From Asterias rubens (Eukaryota), in NCBI RefSeq assembly GCF_902459465.1, contig NC_047064.1:22630001-22694000 (forward strand): 64,000 nucleotides of DNA, written 5' to 3'. Shown piece by piece: positions 36,732 through 48,461 of the stretch. The notes beneath the pieces were generated by a model. The model did not search any database. It was given only the letters and a program-made list of their open reading frames with translations, and had not been told where the DNA came from. The translations under genes and the position numbers were made by a program. Position 1 is the first letter of the stretch, and each line of letters opens with the position of its first letter.

Positions 36732-39700
36732 GTGAGTAACTCACTAACCATGCTAACTGAACTTAATTAAATAATAATAACACTGCACTAATAATAATAT
36801 AACTCCTAGCCCAGGTTGGACTCCTCCGTTGGATGCAACGAACGCGACGGAGTCCAGCAGGGTAAATAAAAGGTCCCGTACCATTGCGAAAAACATTCAA
36901 AAAGGTTTGAAAAATATTTTTACCTAACTCAGACTCAGAGTAGCTGAACTTTTACTCACATGTTTCTTGTACGTAGTCGGAAATCCAATCGCTCATTGTT
37001 TAAAATTGTTGAATTTTCTTCTTTGACTTTGGTGTTAATATTTTGTGAAAAGAAATTTGAAATTGACGTTTCCCATTCCCACTTCCTAATTATCTTCATT
37101 TGTTAATATGAAGTATGCAAACATAATATTAAAACTTGATGGACGATGAAATGTTCACACCACACACCGATCTTTGATGACTTCAACTGGCCCCATTTGT
37201 TTTGAGTTTTTCCTGTTTTCACGGCAAAGAATGGTTTCCCGGTGAAGCCACACATGGAAGAAACATCTGCAGAGACAACAAGTGTTCTGTGAGTGTTCTG
37301 TGTTCTTTGCATGGCAAATAAAACCACACATTTTTTATCTAGGGATTGTTTACATCGCGCACAGAGAGGTAAAGATTTGCCACGATTTTAGGGACACATC
37401 GAAAACAGTACCTCCTACGAGATATATTTGTTAGCTGTGAACTCGTTGAAAGTCTAGTGAGGGACACTATAAATATATGAACGGAATTTCAACTTCTCAA
37501 ATCAGGTAAAAAATAAGGATAATTGTTGTCAAATTTGTGTTTGCATTGTAAAGAACGTCCTACCTAGTACCAGGGCTATACTAACTCCATGATAAGACTG
37601 TATCCATCCATGATCCATCCCCCGGCCGGGGCCGCCCCTACACCTACCCACTGTAGACTAACTCCATGATAACACTGTATCCATCCATGATCCATCCCCC
37701 GGCCGGGGCCGCCCCTACACCTACCCACTGTAGACTAACTCCATGATAACACTGTATCCATCCATGATCCATCCCCCGGCCGGGGCCGCCCCTACACCTA
37801 CCCACTGTAGACTAACTCCATGATAACACTGTATCCATCCATGATCCATCCCCCGGCCGGGGCTGCCCCTACACCTACCCACTGTAGACTAACTCCATGA
37901 TAACACTGTATCCATCCATGATCCATCCCCCGGCCGGGGCCGCCCCTACACCTACCCACTGTAGACTAACTCCATGATAACACTGTATCCATCCATGATC
38001 CATCCCCCGGCCGGGGCCGCCCCTACACCTACCCACTGTAGACTAACTCCATGATAACACTGTATCCATCCATGATCCATCCCCCGGCCGGGGCCGCCCC
38101 TACACCTACCCACTGTGTCTGCTCATAACCCTCTCAACACAAGAGTCTACGTATCTCATCTCTGAGTCCGAGCTACATTAACTGAGCAGCTCATCCTAGC
38201 CCAGACTGGTCTTTCACTCCCCCCCCCAACTTCACTAACATCATGTTTACTTTACAATATTAAAACATGCAAAGGAATCACATAGAGCCCAAACATCCTG
38301 AATGTGGAAGAATGCACAATTTGTATTGTACACAAACCAATGGAGGGAAACAAATCTTGTCTTCAAATTCAGTTGTGTTGAGTTTAGTCAGATTGCTCAG
38401 TACGATTTATGATCACAGTAAATATTTTGAAAAGATTAACAATGCCCTATTTTTAATTTTTTTGTAATAATAAAAGTAAAGTGTTACTTCAGGTACAAAT
38501 TGCAAATTGGCGTAACAAATTTGATCGATCTTCCCAACAAAAAGCATGTAACTTATGCTTTTCTATCTCAGAAAAAAAATGCTAAAAACTGAACTTTAGA
38601 ACGATTCTAACTCGCAATAAATCTTCACGGCACCTTGATCTAGCACCTAGAATTTGTGCGTAAACTTTGTATGGTAGACCCCCACACATTTCTTTAAGAT
38701 TTTGTCACACTGACAGAGGCTGGAAAAAATGTATTATACTTATAATTTCTGGACACTGTTGTCTCACCCCTCTTGAAAACTTTGTTTATTGAAAGAACTT
38801 GTTGAAAGGCCATAATTGCATCTTGAAAAACAAAAATTCTTGTTTTATTTTCTTTACTAGAACCAGAAGTGATTATGGATTCGGAGAAACCAAAGAAAGG
38901 TTCACCTACTTCTTCTGTCTCGTCCTCGTTCAATGCATCATCAATGCTACATTTGCAAAATCAGGTAAAGTTAATTTGATTAAGATGTAATTATTTGCAT
39001 CGAAGATAAAGATTCATATATATTCTATATTTACCCGTACACATTATGTTTTAACAGATGTAAAGGGCTTTACAAATCAAGTAAAAAACCAAAACACCAC
39101 AGGCTACTCTTGTGGGACTGGAACCCACAGACTTGTTTCCTCATCCCTGGGTCCAATTTCACAGATACGCTTGAGCATGATAAGTCTAGCTACACTTATA
39201 AACACAACAATATTTATATGCTTACCGGAGTAAGGTTACCACCCAAAATACCATCTCAAATGTACCATTGTGACTAGTTGTACACTAGTGACTGATATCC
39301 TGCTTTACCTTTGCTCAGCAGACAAGAAACATTTCTCCCTTATGCAGCTCTATGAAATCAGGCCCTGGTCACAATATCCATGTAGCAATAACAGGGGAAT
39401 TAATGTGTGGAGAAGAGGTTTTCAACTAGTGGTTTAATCCCAACGAGGCCTGGTTCTTGATAATTTTACCAAGACGAAGTCGAGGTAAATGATCAAGAAC
39501 CAGGCCTCGGCAGGTTTAAACCACTAGTTGAAAACCGATTCAACACACTTTGATTCCCATTTTGGTCAAAAAGTAAAATAAATGCAAAAATTTTACTTTT
39601 TCAGTAATTTCTTTCAACACAACACCCCTCCAGCTATGAAATAGTAAGGCCCTCGGGTAAAAAACTCCTTATAAGGGAATGCGGTGTTCGCGTGGTGCGT

Positions 39701-42700
39701 ATCGCGTGATGTGGCACAACTGTCTCGGCCGTTGCTCTTGTTCAATAGGAATGAAGAAACTGTCTTATAAGTACAGGTGCAAACTCGCGTGTCACGCCCA
39801 TGTTTCAACACTTTCTACTGGTCATAAACAAAGGTTTATACACACCCACGTGACACGCTCTCCACCAATAGGAATAGCGAAACTGTCTGAGGTATTTATG
39901 AATGAGTCAATAATGTACCAAACTTGTACAATCTTTAAAACATTTAACATTGTTCTTTTGTTGACCTATTTTTGTTGTCCTCTGCCATCCCCCACAGTAT
40001 TATTATTTCACAAGCAAGGGCAGGACACAACCAGCACCAAACTGTACGTCCTCTGTTCACTCAGCTACCTCGGCGCTATGGTCGCCAGTAACTCAGCCCT
40101 GAAATACGTCAGCTATCCTTTCCAGGTCTTGGGAAAGTCATGTAAACCCATACCAGGTAGGTCGGTCCTCTTTTAAACCTCTAAAAAAATAATGTTTCTG
40201 GATTAAACGTCAGAATCTTGTCTTCTGACATTACTCTCAATCTGTATTAGACAACACGTCCCGTGCTAATGGAGTATTGTTGTTGTTATTTTGTTGATTC
40301 ATATTCAAGTTACTTAATTTACTTATATTAAGTACATTTTAAAATAATCAAAAGCTTAATTTTTGTATAATTACTGACTCTTTAAACTTTTTATGATTCT
40401 TTGTTTTTTGAATGCAGTCATGATTCTCGGGGTCCTACTAGCGAGAAAACGTTACCCACTGCTGAAGTATTTCTGTGTGCTTTTAATTGTTATCGGCGTG
40501 GCAACCTTTGTATATAAAGATGGCAAAGCTTCATCCTCTGTAGAAAGTGCATTTGGATTCGGTGAACTTCTACTGGTAAGACTACTTACTTTATAGTCAA
40601 ATTGCTCAACATTTGTTTCTAGGTGGAGTTGCAGGAGGGGCAGTTACTTGTAGAATCGTTCAAGAAAATGTAAGATTTGTAGGACTCATTGACTGGCCTC
40701 ATTTTAAGAATGCCTGTAGATGGCTAGGAGTCCTAACACCCTAGTGTATTATTTTGATTAGAGACCTTCCCATATCCTTCTAAATACTCCCCTCTATGGT
40801 AACTCCCTCACCTAAATGTTTGGACTCTAATAAGATTAGTATGGCTTGCCTCATTCTAAGAGTGTTTGTTGATGGCTATGAGCCCTAACCCCCCTAGTGT
40901 CTTTGGCTAAAGACCCTCCCACATCCTTCAATACACTCCCCTCTATGGTAACTCCATCACCCAAATGTTTGGACTCTAATAAGATTGGTATGGCTTGCCT
41001 CATTCTAAGAGTGTTTGTAGATGGTTAGGAGCCCTAACCCCCTAGTTTCTTTGGCTATAGACCCTCCCACATCCTTCAATACACTCCCCTCTATGGTAAC
41101 GCCATCACCAAAATGTTTGGACTCTAATAAGATTGGTATGGCTTGCCTCATTCTAAGAGTGTTTGTAGATGGTTAGGAGCCCTAACCCCCCAGTGTCTTT
41201 GGCTATAGACCCTCCCACATCCTTCAATACACTCCCCTCTATGGTAACGCCATCACCAAAATGTTTGGACTCTAATAAGATTGGTATGGCTTGCCTCATT
41301 CTAAGAGTGTTTGTTGATGGTTAGGAGCCCTAGCCCCCTAGTTTCTTTGGTTTTGAGAACCTCCCCTAACCTTCAATACACTTCCCTCTTTGGTTACTCC
41401 TTCGCCCAAATGTTTGAACTCTAATAAGATTGGTATGGCTTGCCTCATTCTAAGAGTGTTTGTTGATGGTTAGGAGCCCTAACCCCCTAGTGTCATTGGC
41501 TATAGACCCTCCCACATCCTTCAAAGCACTCCCCTCTTTGGTAACTCCATCACCCAAATGTTTGGACTCAAATAAGATTGGTAAGCCTGGCCTCAGTCTA
41601 AGAGTGTTTGTTGATGGTTAGGAGCCCTAGCCCCCTAGTTTCTTTGGCTATAGACCCTCCCACATCCTTCTAAATACTCCCCTCTATGGTAACTCCATCA
41701 CCCAAATGTTTGGACTCTAATAAGATTGGTATGGCTTGCCTCATTCTAAGAGTGTTTGTAGATGGTTAGGAGCCCTAACCCCCAGTGTCTTTGGTTATAG
41801 ACCCTCCCACATCCTTAGGCATGAGAATCTTCCGGTTTAAACCGGAATTCCGTTTTTTTTCCTTTCAAAATTGTGGTCTCCGAGTTCGATGTGAATTTGC
41901 TATAAAATTCGGGGGGTAGGTTTTTGGGGGTATACATTTGGATTTCTCTACTCCCTCTTCTCTAGTCAGACAATGTATAGTTTACCTTTGTAATTGTTAT
42001 TATCGCGGATCCCCGCACGTCGTTCATGAAATACCGGCACCTAAACAATAAATTGCCGTCCAGCAGCTGGCCCAATTTACGGCTTGTTGTCTTCCTGGCA
42101 TCGCGCATGCATGCAGCAGCAGCGACAGATGTATAAACTTGCCTCATTCCTTGCTTCGTTTATAGTGGTACGGTTCAATAATGTTTGCGTGTAATGCGCT
42201 TGCTGGTGCAGCAAAGATAACACGTGTGGAGACTTTTGAAAGTCTACTGAAAAAACAATGCACGTGTTTGCACCATGTGTACTGTGTACTGTGTACTGTG
42301 TACGTGCAGGTTTGCACACGAACCAATGAGCGGCGCGGCACGAATCTGAGATCGCCGGCAGGTCGTGGTAAACTGGTACCTGTTATTGCCTCACAACCAG
42401 CGAAAGATATATTGGGAACCAGCGAACACACTGTATGTCCGGACGACGTGCTTTCTTCATTGGTTCTATTTCTATGTTGGGGTCTAATCTCAACCTCGTT
42501 CCAGTTATACCCTATGCTGAATAACAACCTCTTTCACAAAAACACATCGCTCTCGCCTATATATATTTTAAAATGTGCGTCGCCGACGGATCGTTAAAAT
42601 CGCAAACATTTAATTGCAAAAGAATTTCTTTTACACAACCGAATTTCAAATCAAGAACCTATAAAAATGGTTTTTGGTGAGAAAAAAAGCATTTTCAAGG

Positions 42701-45700
42701 GCAGAAATAAGGGATAAGATCGTCCAAAAAAAATATATTGTTGCTATTATTTTTTCCCCCTTTCTTTTTCCGGAATTGTAACAAAATCGCAGGCGAACCC
42801 AAAATTGTTTGAATTGTTTGAGCTTTACATTCCTTATTTTCCCTTAAACCTATTATTAAAAAAAAAAAAGGAAAAATCACACAAAAGTAGCTCACTTCTA
42901 CCTCGAAAAATAGGTGTCAGAAATGCATCAGAGACCACCACAGAGCTCCCAGGGCCCTTAAGCGGGCCCTGGACCCCGGCCATAAGGGACTTCGCGCTGC
43001 GCGCTCGTATTGTGTGCTTCGCACACAAAAATGATGGAATATTGACATTTCCAATCAACTGAATTTTTTCCTGTTTTTTTATCATCACCCATTCTCATGC
43101 CTGCATCCTTCAATAATACTTCCTTCTTTGGTAACTCCATCACCCAAATGTTTGGACTCTAAGAGATGCCTGGCCTCAGTCTAAGAGTGTTTGAAGATGG
43201 TTAGGGTTATGGTTAGGGTTAGATATTTGTAAATCTGTGAACTTTTAATTTTTGTTCTGTTCAGAAAATGTCCAATGGCTTTAATGGTGGGGATTAATGC
43301 TGATTGGGTCCTTATTAAGGATCTAGAAGGATTTAGGACATTAGCTATCGACCAATTCGGCGAAACCAAATTAAAGCGCCCTCTTTTGAAAAAATTAACA
43401 ACTGCGGTGTCTTTGTGCATAATCTAGACGCGCGGTGCCCAACACTTGCGCGCCCGTTGCACGCCTGGATTTGTCAACAAAACAAGGGGAATTTCGAGAG
43501 ATCCAGGGGTCGATTTCACAAAGTCCTAACTTAGGACTAGTTCTAAGAGATATCAAAAACGTACAGTGAGTAACTCTTCTTAACTCAAGATAAGACTAGT
43601 CCTATCTCTTTGTGAAATCCACCCCAGGTCCTTGAGTTTTTAACGAGAGGATTAAGGCTATGTGTATGGGTTCCAAATTAAGATTCAAGTTATAATTTTC
43701 TATCTTACAGGTTTTGTCTTTAACTCTGGACGGTCTGACGGGAGTAGCTCAAGAGAAGATGAGAACACAACACCAAACCACCTCCCATCACATGATGGCA
43801 AATGTTAATCTATGGTCTGTCCTGTACTTGACAATAAGTAAGTGTCTCGCTTAGATCATTCATCCTTGTTTCTTTTTTACTGGACACTGTTTGCCTGGCT
43901 AGTGTTCATCTTCATCTGATAAAGACTGGAGCGTGAAACATCTCTGATTGTATGATTGCTAAGATTATTATTGTTGTTGTCCGTTGTCTTTATGTATTTG
44001 TTCCAAATTAAGAATCTTATTGCCACCTCCCTAATGTGCTACAAATGTATTCTATTCCTCATCTTGTCTCCCAAGGTACCCTCTTTATTCTCCATTGGAC
44101 CATTAATGTCTTCAGGGTTTGCCTATGTTTGGTTTCACTGACTGGAAAGCAGGACCAGTTTGACATTGCAAAAGGCCTTTAGTGTTTTCATTGGTCCACA
44201 TCTTTTACGGTTTTCTTTTGACATTGTCATTTTGTATGGTTCCTCTGATTGAAACCATTTTAAGAACAATCAGAGTGGGCTGTGATTTTCATGTAGTTTT
44301 TGGAAGCAATAAGCTGGACTGGGGACATAATGACATAATGTTGACTGGTCATCAATGGTTTAATAACTGGTATTTGGCTAGCAGAGCACCGTTATAAAGG
44401 GAGAGTGTTGATCTAGTATAATATAAGTGCTTGATAGGTCAGATTATAGAGTGCTTGCATGTTAATCCCAAGCTCGCAGGTTAAAACCTAGCTCTAGTCA
44501 ATTTGTCTTATTTAATAATAATAACTGTTATAACTGTAATAATAAAATAAATTTACAGGCCTAAAGTAATAAATTGTAGTAATAATAGTTAACAGTAAAA
44601 CAATCTCTTATCAGAAGGTTTTGAACCAAACACTGTACGAGCCATTCTCATCTTGCCTTGAACATGCCTGAACCCATCTCAACTCATTCAGAGTATGCAG
44701 CAGGCTCAGATAAAATAACTCCAAATGATTGTTTTAGCCGTTCTTTAATCCATGTTTCTTTGTCTTTCATTTCCCAGCTGTCATAATAACGGGTGAAGGA
44801 ATACAGTTTATTGAGTTTGTCTCTCGTTATCCCTACGTCATTTGGAATATCCTTACATTCGGAGCTGCTAGTGCTCTCGGTCAGGTAAGAATTATGCGTG
44901 GCTGAATTTCAAACAGCTGTCTTGATGTTAGCAGGCTGAGAAAATTGCGGAAACAGGTTACCAGGCAGAATGCGTTTTGCTTGTGACTGGCTCCCACACA
45001 TGAGCAAAGGGATCAAGCAGCATGCAATATTCACAGATGAACACCTGTGTCAATATTGAATCCTAAATTCCTGCAACTGTTTAGTGGTATTTTTGTTTCT
45101 GCTTGAAAGTGACTCATGCCTTCTTTGTTGATTGTTCCCCTTCAACCCCCCCCCTTAACCCTCACCCCGCCTTCAACATTCAAAAGGAGTGTGTTTTATT
45201 TTGAGTTTGTGAACGTCAAATAAAAATCATGACCCTTTAGGAAGCTGTTGAGCCTTAATATCTCCTTTGAACAATCTTGCCTAAACCTTAGTTCTGAGAT
45301 CTGTGCAACTTTTGGCATCATAAGGGTGTGAGTCAGGAGGAAATAGTGAAAAACCATGCTCAGTAAATGTGCTTAGAACGTTATGATATTGGCCTCATGT
45401 ATCAAATAAGACTGTAAGGTTTGCCTTGTGGAAGGATAATAGATGAGACATCACCATGTAGATAATGGTGGTTCTGAGAAGAACTGGGGGACAGAGGGTA
45501 CGAGGTGTTGAGCCATCCTTTGCTTCTCAGACAACACAATCATTCCATGGCAAGTCCAGTTTGTATTTGAAAACATTGTGTACTTAAACTCCTCTCAAGG
45601 TCATAGGGATTTTGTCCCTAGTTTGTGTGTCTCCATGAGGTAAATTATAGCCTAAGCAAGCTAATTCAACAGAGGGCGCTGTCAGATGAATTTTGATGGG

Positions 45701-47337
45701 ACACTGATATACACTCTGTGGGCTGATCCTGCCAAGCTTGCTTGAGCAGTACACCATCGTAAAGCGCTGACTTCAAGTGCTTTAACATTTCTTTTTAAAG
45801 CGAAAGCCAACTTTTGATGTTTTCATTAACATGGCTTAAAGGCTGAATTCTGGTGGCTACATTTACGGCTAAGATTTCAAAGCCATAGCCACCAATTTGG
45901 ACCTGACCTTTAGTGGAGGGAACTTGTCCAACAAGAAGAGATGCTCTTGAAAAATACTGTCAATTTGTTTTGGAGAAAAAAAGTTACCTTAGATTGTTGT
46001 ATTGGGTTCTGTAGGAAGTATTCTTAAATATAATGCAGATGTTATAAACTGAGATAAGTACAAAGTGTTGATAGATCTTATCATGATAACAATCTATGAT
46101 GAAGTTATAGCTTGGATGAATTAAAGGAGATAGATTTTGTTGAAGGAAATGTCCCTCATTTGATTGATGAGTTAACTGATTCTGTTTCCATGGTTTTTAG
46201 GAAATAGACAAGACCAGTAAGGGACAGAACATCATGGGATTAAAATCTTCTAAATGTTCAAAGAGATTGGGTGGAAACATTTTTTATTAACAGTTGACTC
46301 TACTTGATTTTTTATATTTGTCTTTAGTGTATTTATTTTAAACATCTACTCAAGAATAGAAGAAATGAGTTCAAGATAAAGACTTGATTAAATATTTATT
46401 TATATTGCAGGATTTGGCTGTGATTATCTTACAGGGACTGCAGGTCCTAAATGTAATTGGTTTGTTTGTTTGTTTGGTTGTTTCAGGGGGGTTTGTTTTG
46501 GAAAAGTCCTTTTCAAAGGGTCTTTGGAAAAGGTCATTGCTGTTTGTAAAAGTGCATCCATTTTAAATTAAATTTTAAACTAATTTATGATGCTCTTTTA
46601 AATAAGAAAACTAGTAATATCATTATTAGAAATTTGGATGAGTTAATTCAGGCCTTCCAATCCTCTGAATTCAATTAGCATATTCAATAATGATGCGCCA
46701 TTGTTTTGGGGGAAGATTGCTTGTATTTCAATTTCCAATCATCTTGTCCTTGGGGGGAGGGGGCGGGAGAGCTTCTAAAATATGGCACAGCAAAACTATT
46801 GTTGTGGCCCCAGAAAAGCAACACACCCCAAAAACCTTAGCACTGAGATCTGTTAAAATTTTTGCATAATTTGTGATGTACGTCAGGAGAAAATGGTGAA
46901 AAACCATGCAATTTTTCTAGCTTGTAAACAGATAATATTTCACAGGGAAAATGGTTCTAGTATAAACTTCATAATCAGTAGGTATTCAGAGTTTAAACAA
47001 TGATGATTTTTACCAATCCTGTACAATACCTTTAAACCCATGTGTGCGTCCTACAACCTCCTTCCCACAGGGACATCTCTTCCTTCCTCAACCCCCCTTC
47101 TAACTGATTTCCTTGGCTTCCTCCCTGCAGCATTTTATCTTTGTCACAGTCACAACCTTTGGGCCGCTAACCTGTTCCATAATGACCACTACCAGGAAGT
47201 TCTTCACCATCCTTGGGTCGGTCATCCTGTTTTCCAATCCACTTCTCCCGAGGCAGTGGGGTGGGGTGCTTCTCGTTTTTGCTGGCCTCGGACTTGACAG
47301 TGTCTTTGGGAAGAGCAAATCGTCCAAGGCTATTTAG
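36490..47337 (+). CDS. SLC35B1: Solute carrier family 35 member B1 (UGTrel1/AXER, ER ATP/ADP exchanger), joined model, 7 exons
   Basis: Exons 242+104+159+158+127+107+207 = 1104 nt, all phases compatible. Diagnostic SLC35B1 segments: [93 protein letters not shown]. Confidence 0.96.
37581..38116. repeat. GC-rich minisatellite, 77-bp unit, 7 copies (SLC35B1 intron 1)
   Basis: Units start at 37581, 37658, 37735 and onward; each contains the palindrome ccccggccgggg (one variant downstream of it). Confidence 0.97.
38861..38964 (+). CDS. SLC35B1: SLC35B1 exon 2
   Basis: Acceptor tctttactag; [34 protein letters not shown]; donor G|GTAAAG. Confidence 0.93.
39150..39364. mobile_element. PIF/Harbinger-like MITE with CTG target-site duplication (SLC35B1 intron 2)
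   Basis: ctg|ggtccaatttcac ... gcagctctatgaaatcaggcc|ctg. Confidence 0.75.
39417..39536. mobile_element. Palindromic MITE-like element with central ACGAAGT
   Basis: ggttttcaactagtggtttaa..gaggcctggttcttgat / atcaagaaccaggcctc..ttaaaccactagttgaaaacc. Confidence 0.75.
39998..40156 (+). CDS. SLC35B1: SLC35B1 exon 3
   Basis: Acceptor cccacag; [52 protein letters not shown]; donor G|GTAGGT. Confidence 0.93.
40418..40575 (+). CDS. SLC35B1: SLC35B1 exon 4
   Basis: Acceptor aatgcag; [33 protein letters not shown]...FGFGELLL; donor CTG|GTAAGA. Confidence 0.93.
40670..41816. repeat. Tandem repeat, ~148-150-bp unit, about 8 copies (SLC35B1 intron 4); resumes at 43103-43200
   Basis: ggactctaataagattggtatggcttgcctcattctaagagtg... 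recurs at ~40821, 40971, 41119, 41267, 41416, 41564 and 41712. Confidence 0.95.
41817..43102. mobile_element. Non-autonomous TIR DNA transposon (~1.29 kb) inserted into the 150-bp satellite
   Basis: TIR aggcatgagaat / attctcatgcct; flanks acatcctt / gcatcctt (6-8-bp duplication). The satellite unit continues in register after the element. Confidence 0.8.
43507..43624. mobile_element. PIF/Harbinger-like MITE with CAG target-site duplication
   Basis: cag|gggtcgatttcacaaag ... ctttgtgaaatccaccc|cag. Confidence 0.8.
43711..43837 (+). CDS. SLC35B1: SLC35B1 exon 5 (not in the ORF track)
   Basis: Acceptor tatcttacag; [42 protein letters not shown]; donor A|GTAAGT. Confidence 0.93.
44778..44884 (+). 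CDS. SLC35B1: SLC35B1 exon 6 (not in the ORF track)
   Basis: Acceptor ttcccag; (T)[35 protein letters not shown]; donor CAG|GTAAGA. Confidence 0.93.
47131..47337 (+). CDS. SLC35B1: SLC35B1 exon 7 (terminal)
   Basis: Acceptor ctccctgcag; [68 protein letters not shown]. Confidence 0.95.
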   Translation, partial: HFIFVTVTTFGPLTCSIMTTTRKFFTILGSVILFSNPLLPRQWGGVLLVFAGLGLDSVFGKSKSSKAI

Positions 47338-47591
47338 TGAGTCAGACCAACTCTGCCTTAGTTTTCATCTACAGGTCACAATTTGCTAACCCTACATTAT
47401 GTAGCTCCTTGCCAGTCCAATCTACATGAAATTTGCATATTATGCATAATTATTCGTTATCAAAATTGTTATTCAAATTGTCTATTTTTGTCTAGACTGG
47501 AAACAAAGTGCATTGAATACATGGGCCATAGTACAATAACCACATGATATCATATTGCAGGCTGGCATAGTATATCTTTCATTCAAAACTA

Positions 47592-47773
47592 CAGTGGATG
47601 ATATTGAATGGTCAGACAGTGGATGATATTGAATGGTCGGACAGTGGATGATATTGAATGGTCAGACAGTGGATGATATCGAATGGTCAGACAGTGGATG
47701 ATATTGAAAATGTCAGACAGTGGATGATATTGAATGGTCAGACAGTGGATGATATTGAATGGTCAGACAGTGG
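47592..47773. repeat. Minisatellite, 25-bp unit, about 7 copies, in the probable SLC35B1 3' UTR
   Basis: (cagtggatgatattgaatggtcaga)n. Confidence 0.95.
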
Positions 47774-48369
47774 GAGGGTTGAGTTTGTCTATGGGTTAAC
47801 CACTATGGCCCTTTTCGAATTCACGGCTTTGCCTCCAAATTGGGTTCAGGCCTTTGTTTTGACAATAATTGCCATGCTTTGCGCATGCTCTTAGTGCTTC
47901 AGACGAGAGATGTTTCAACTTTCTCTAAATTTGTGTTTGCTTTCATCACATGAAAGAGCAAGCCACATGGATATTTATTGTATGTTTTTGTTGAAGTAAT
48001 CTTTCTTATATCCTTGCCTACAAAATGATCACAATGTTCTACAATTGTTTGCAGTTCAGTATATTCTTTTAAACAGCATACATTTTCATGAATACTATTT
48101 GGCATGAGCACAAATTACTTGTTACGAAGCCAGTGCATCTTTAAACGTGACCAATTGGCTTGAAGATGATTTCGCCTAATTAGTTGTTTGTTCATTTGGT
48201 GGAGGTGGCTTAACAAAAGGAATAAATAAATTCCGTTTTAACACTTTTTTTATTTCCGAAATATCAACAGTTCTTTGATTTACTCTTTGACACTAAGCAC
48301 TTTTCTCCAGTTAGCAGAGCCACGCAATTAAGCCAAGTTAAGTAGAAATTTCAGCGGTTTCATTTTTAT

Positions 48370-48461
48370 GTATAATCCAACTCATTATGTTGTCTTTTAT
48401 TGTATGTATTTTTGTGTATAATCCAACTCATTATGTTGTCTTTTATTGTATGTATTTTTGT
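48370..48461. repeat. Direct tandem duplication, 46 bp x 2
   Basis: gtataatccaactcattatgttgtcttttattgtatgtatttttgt occurs twice. Confidence 0.9.
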
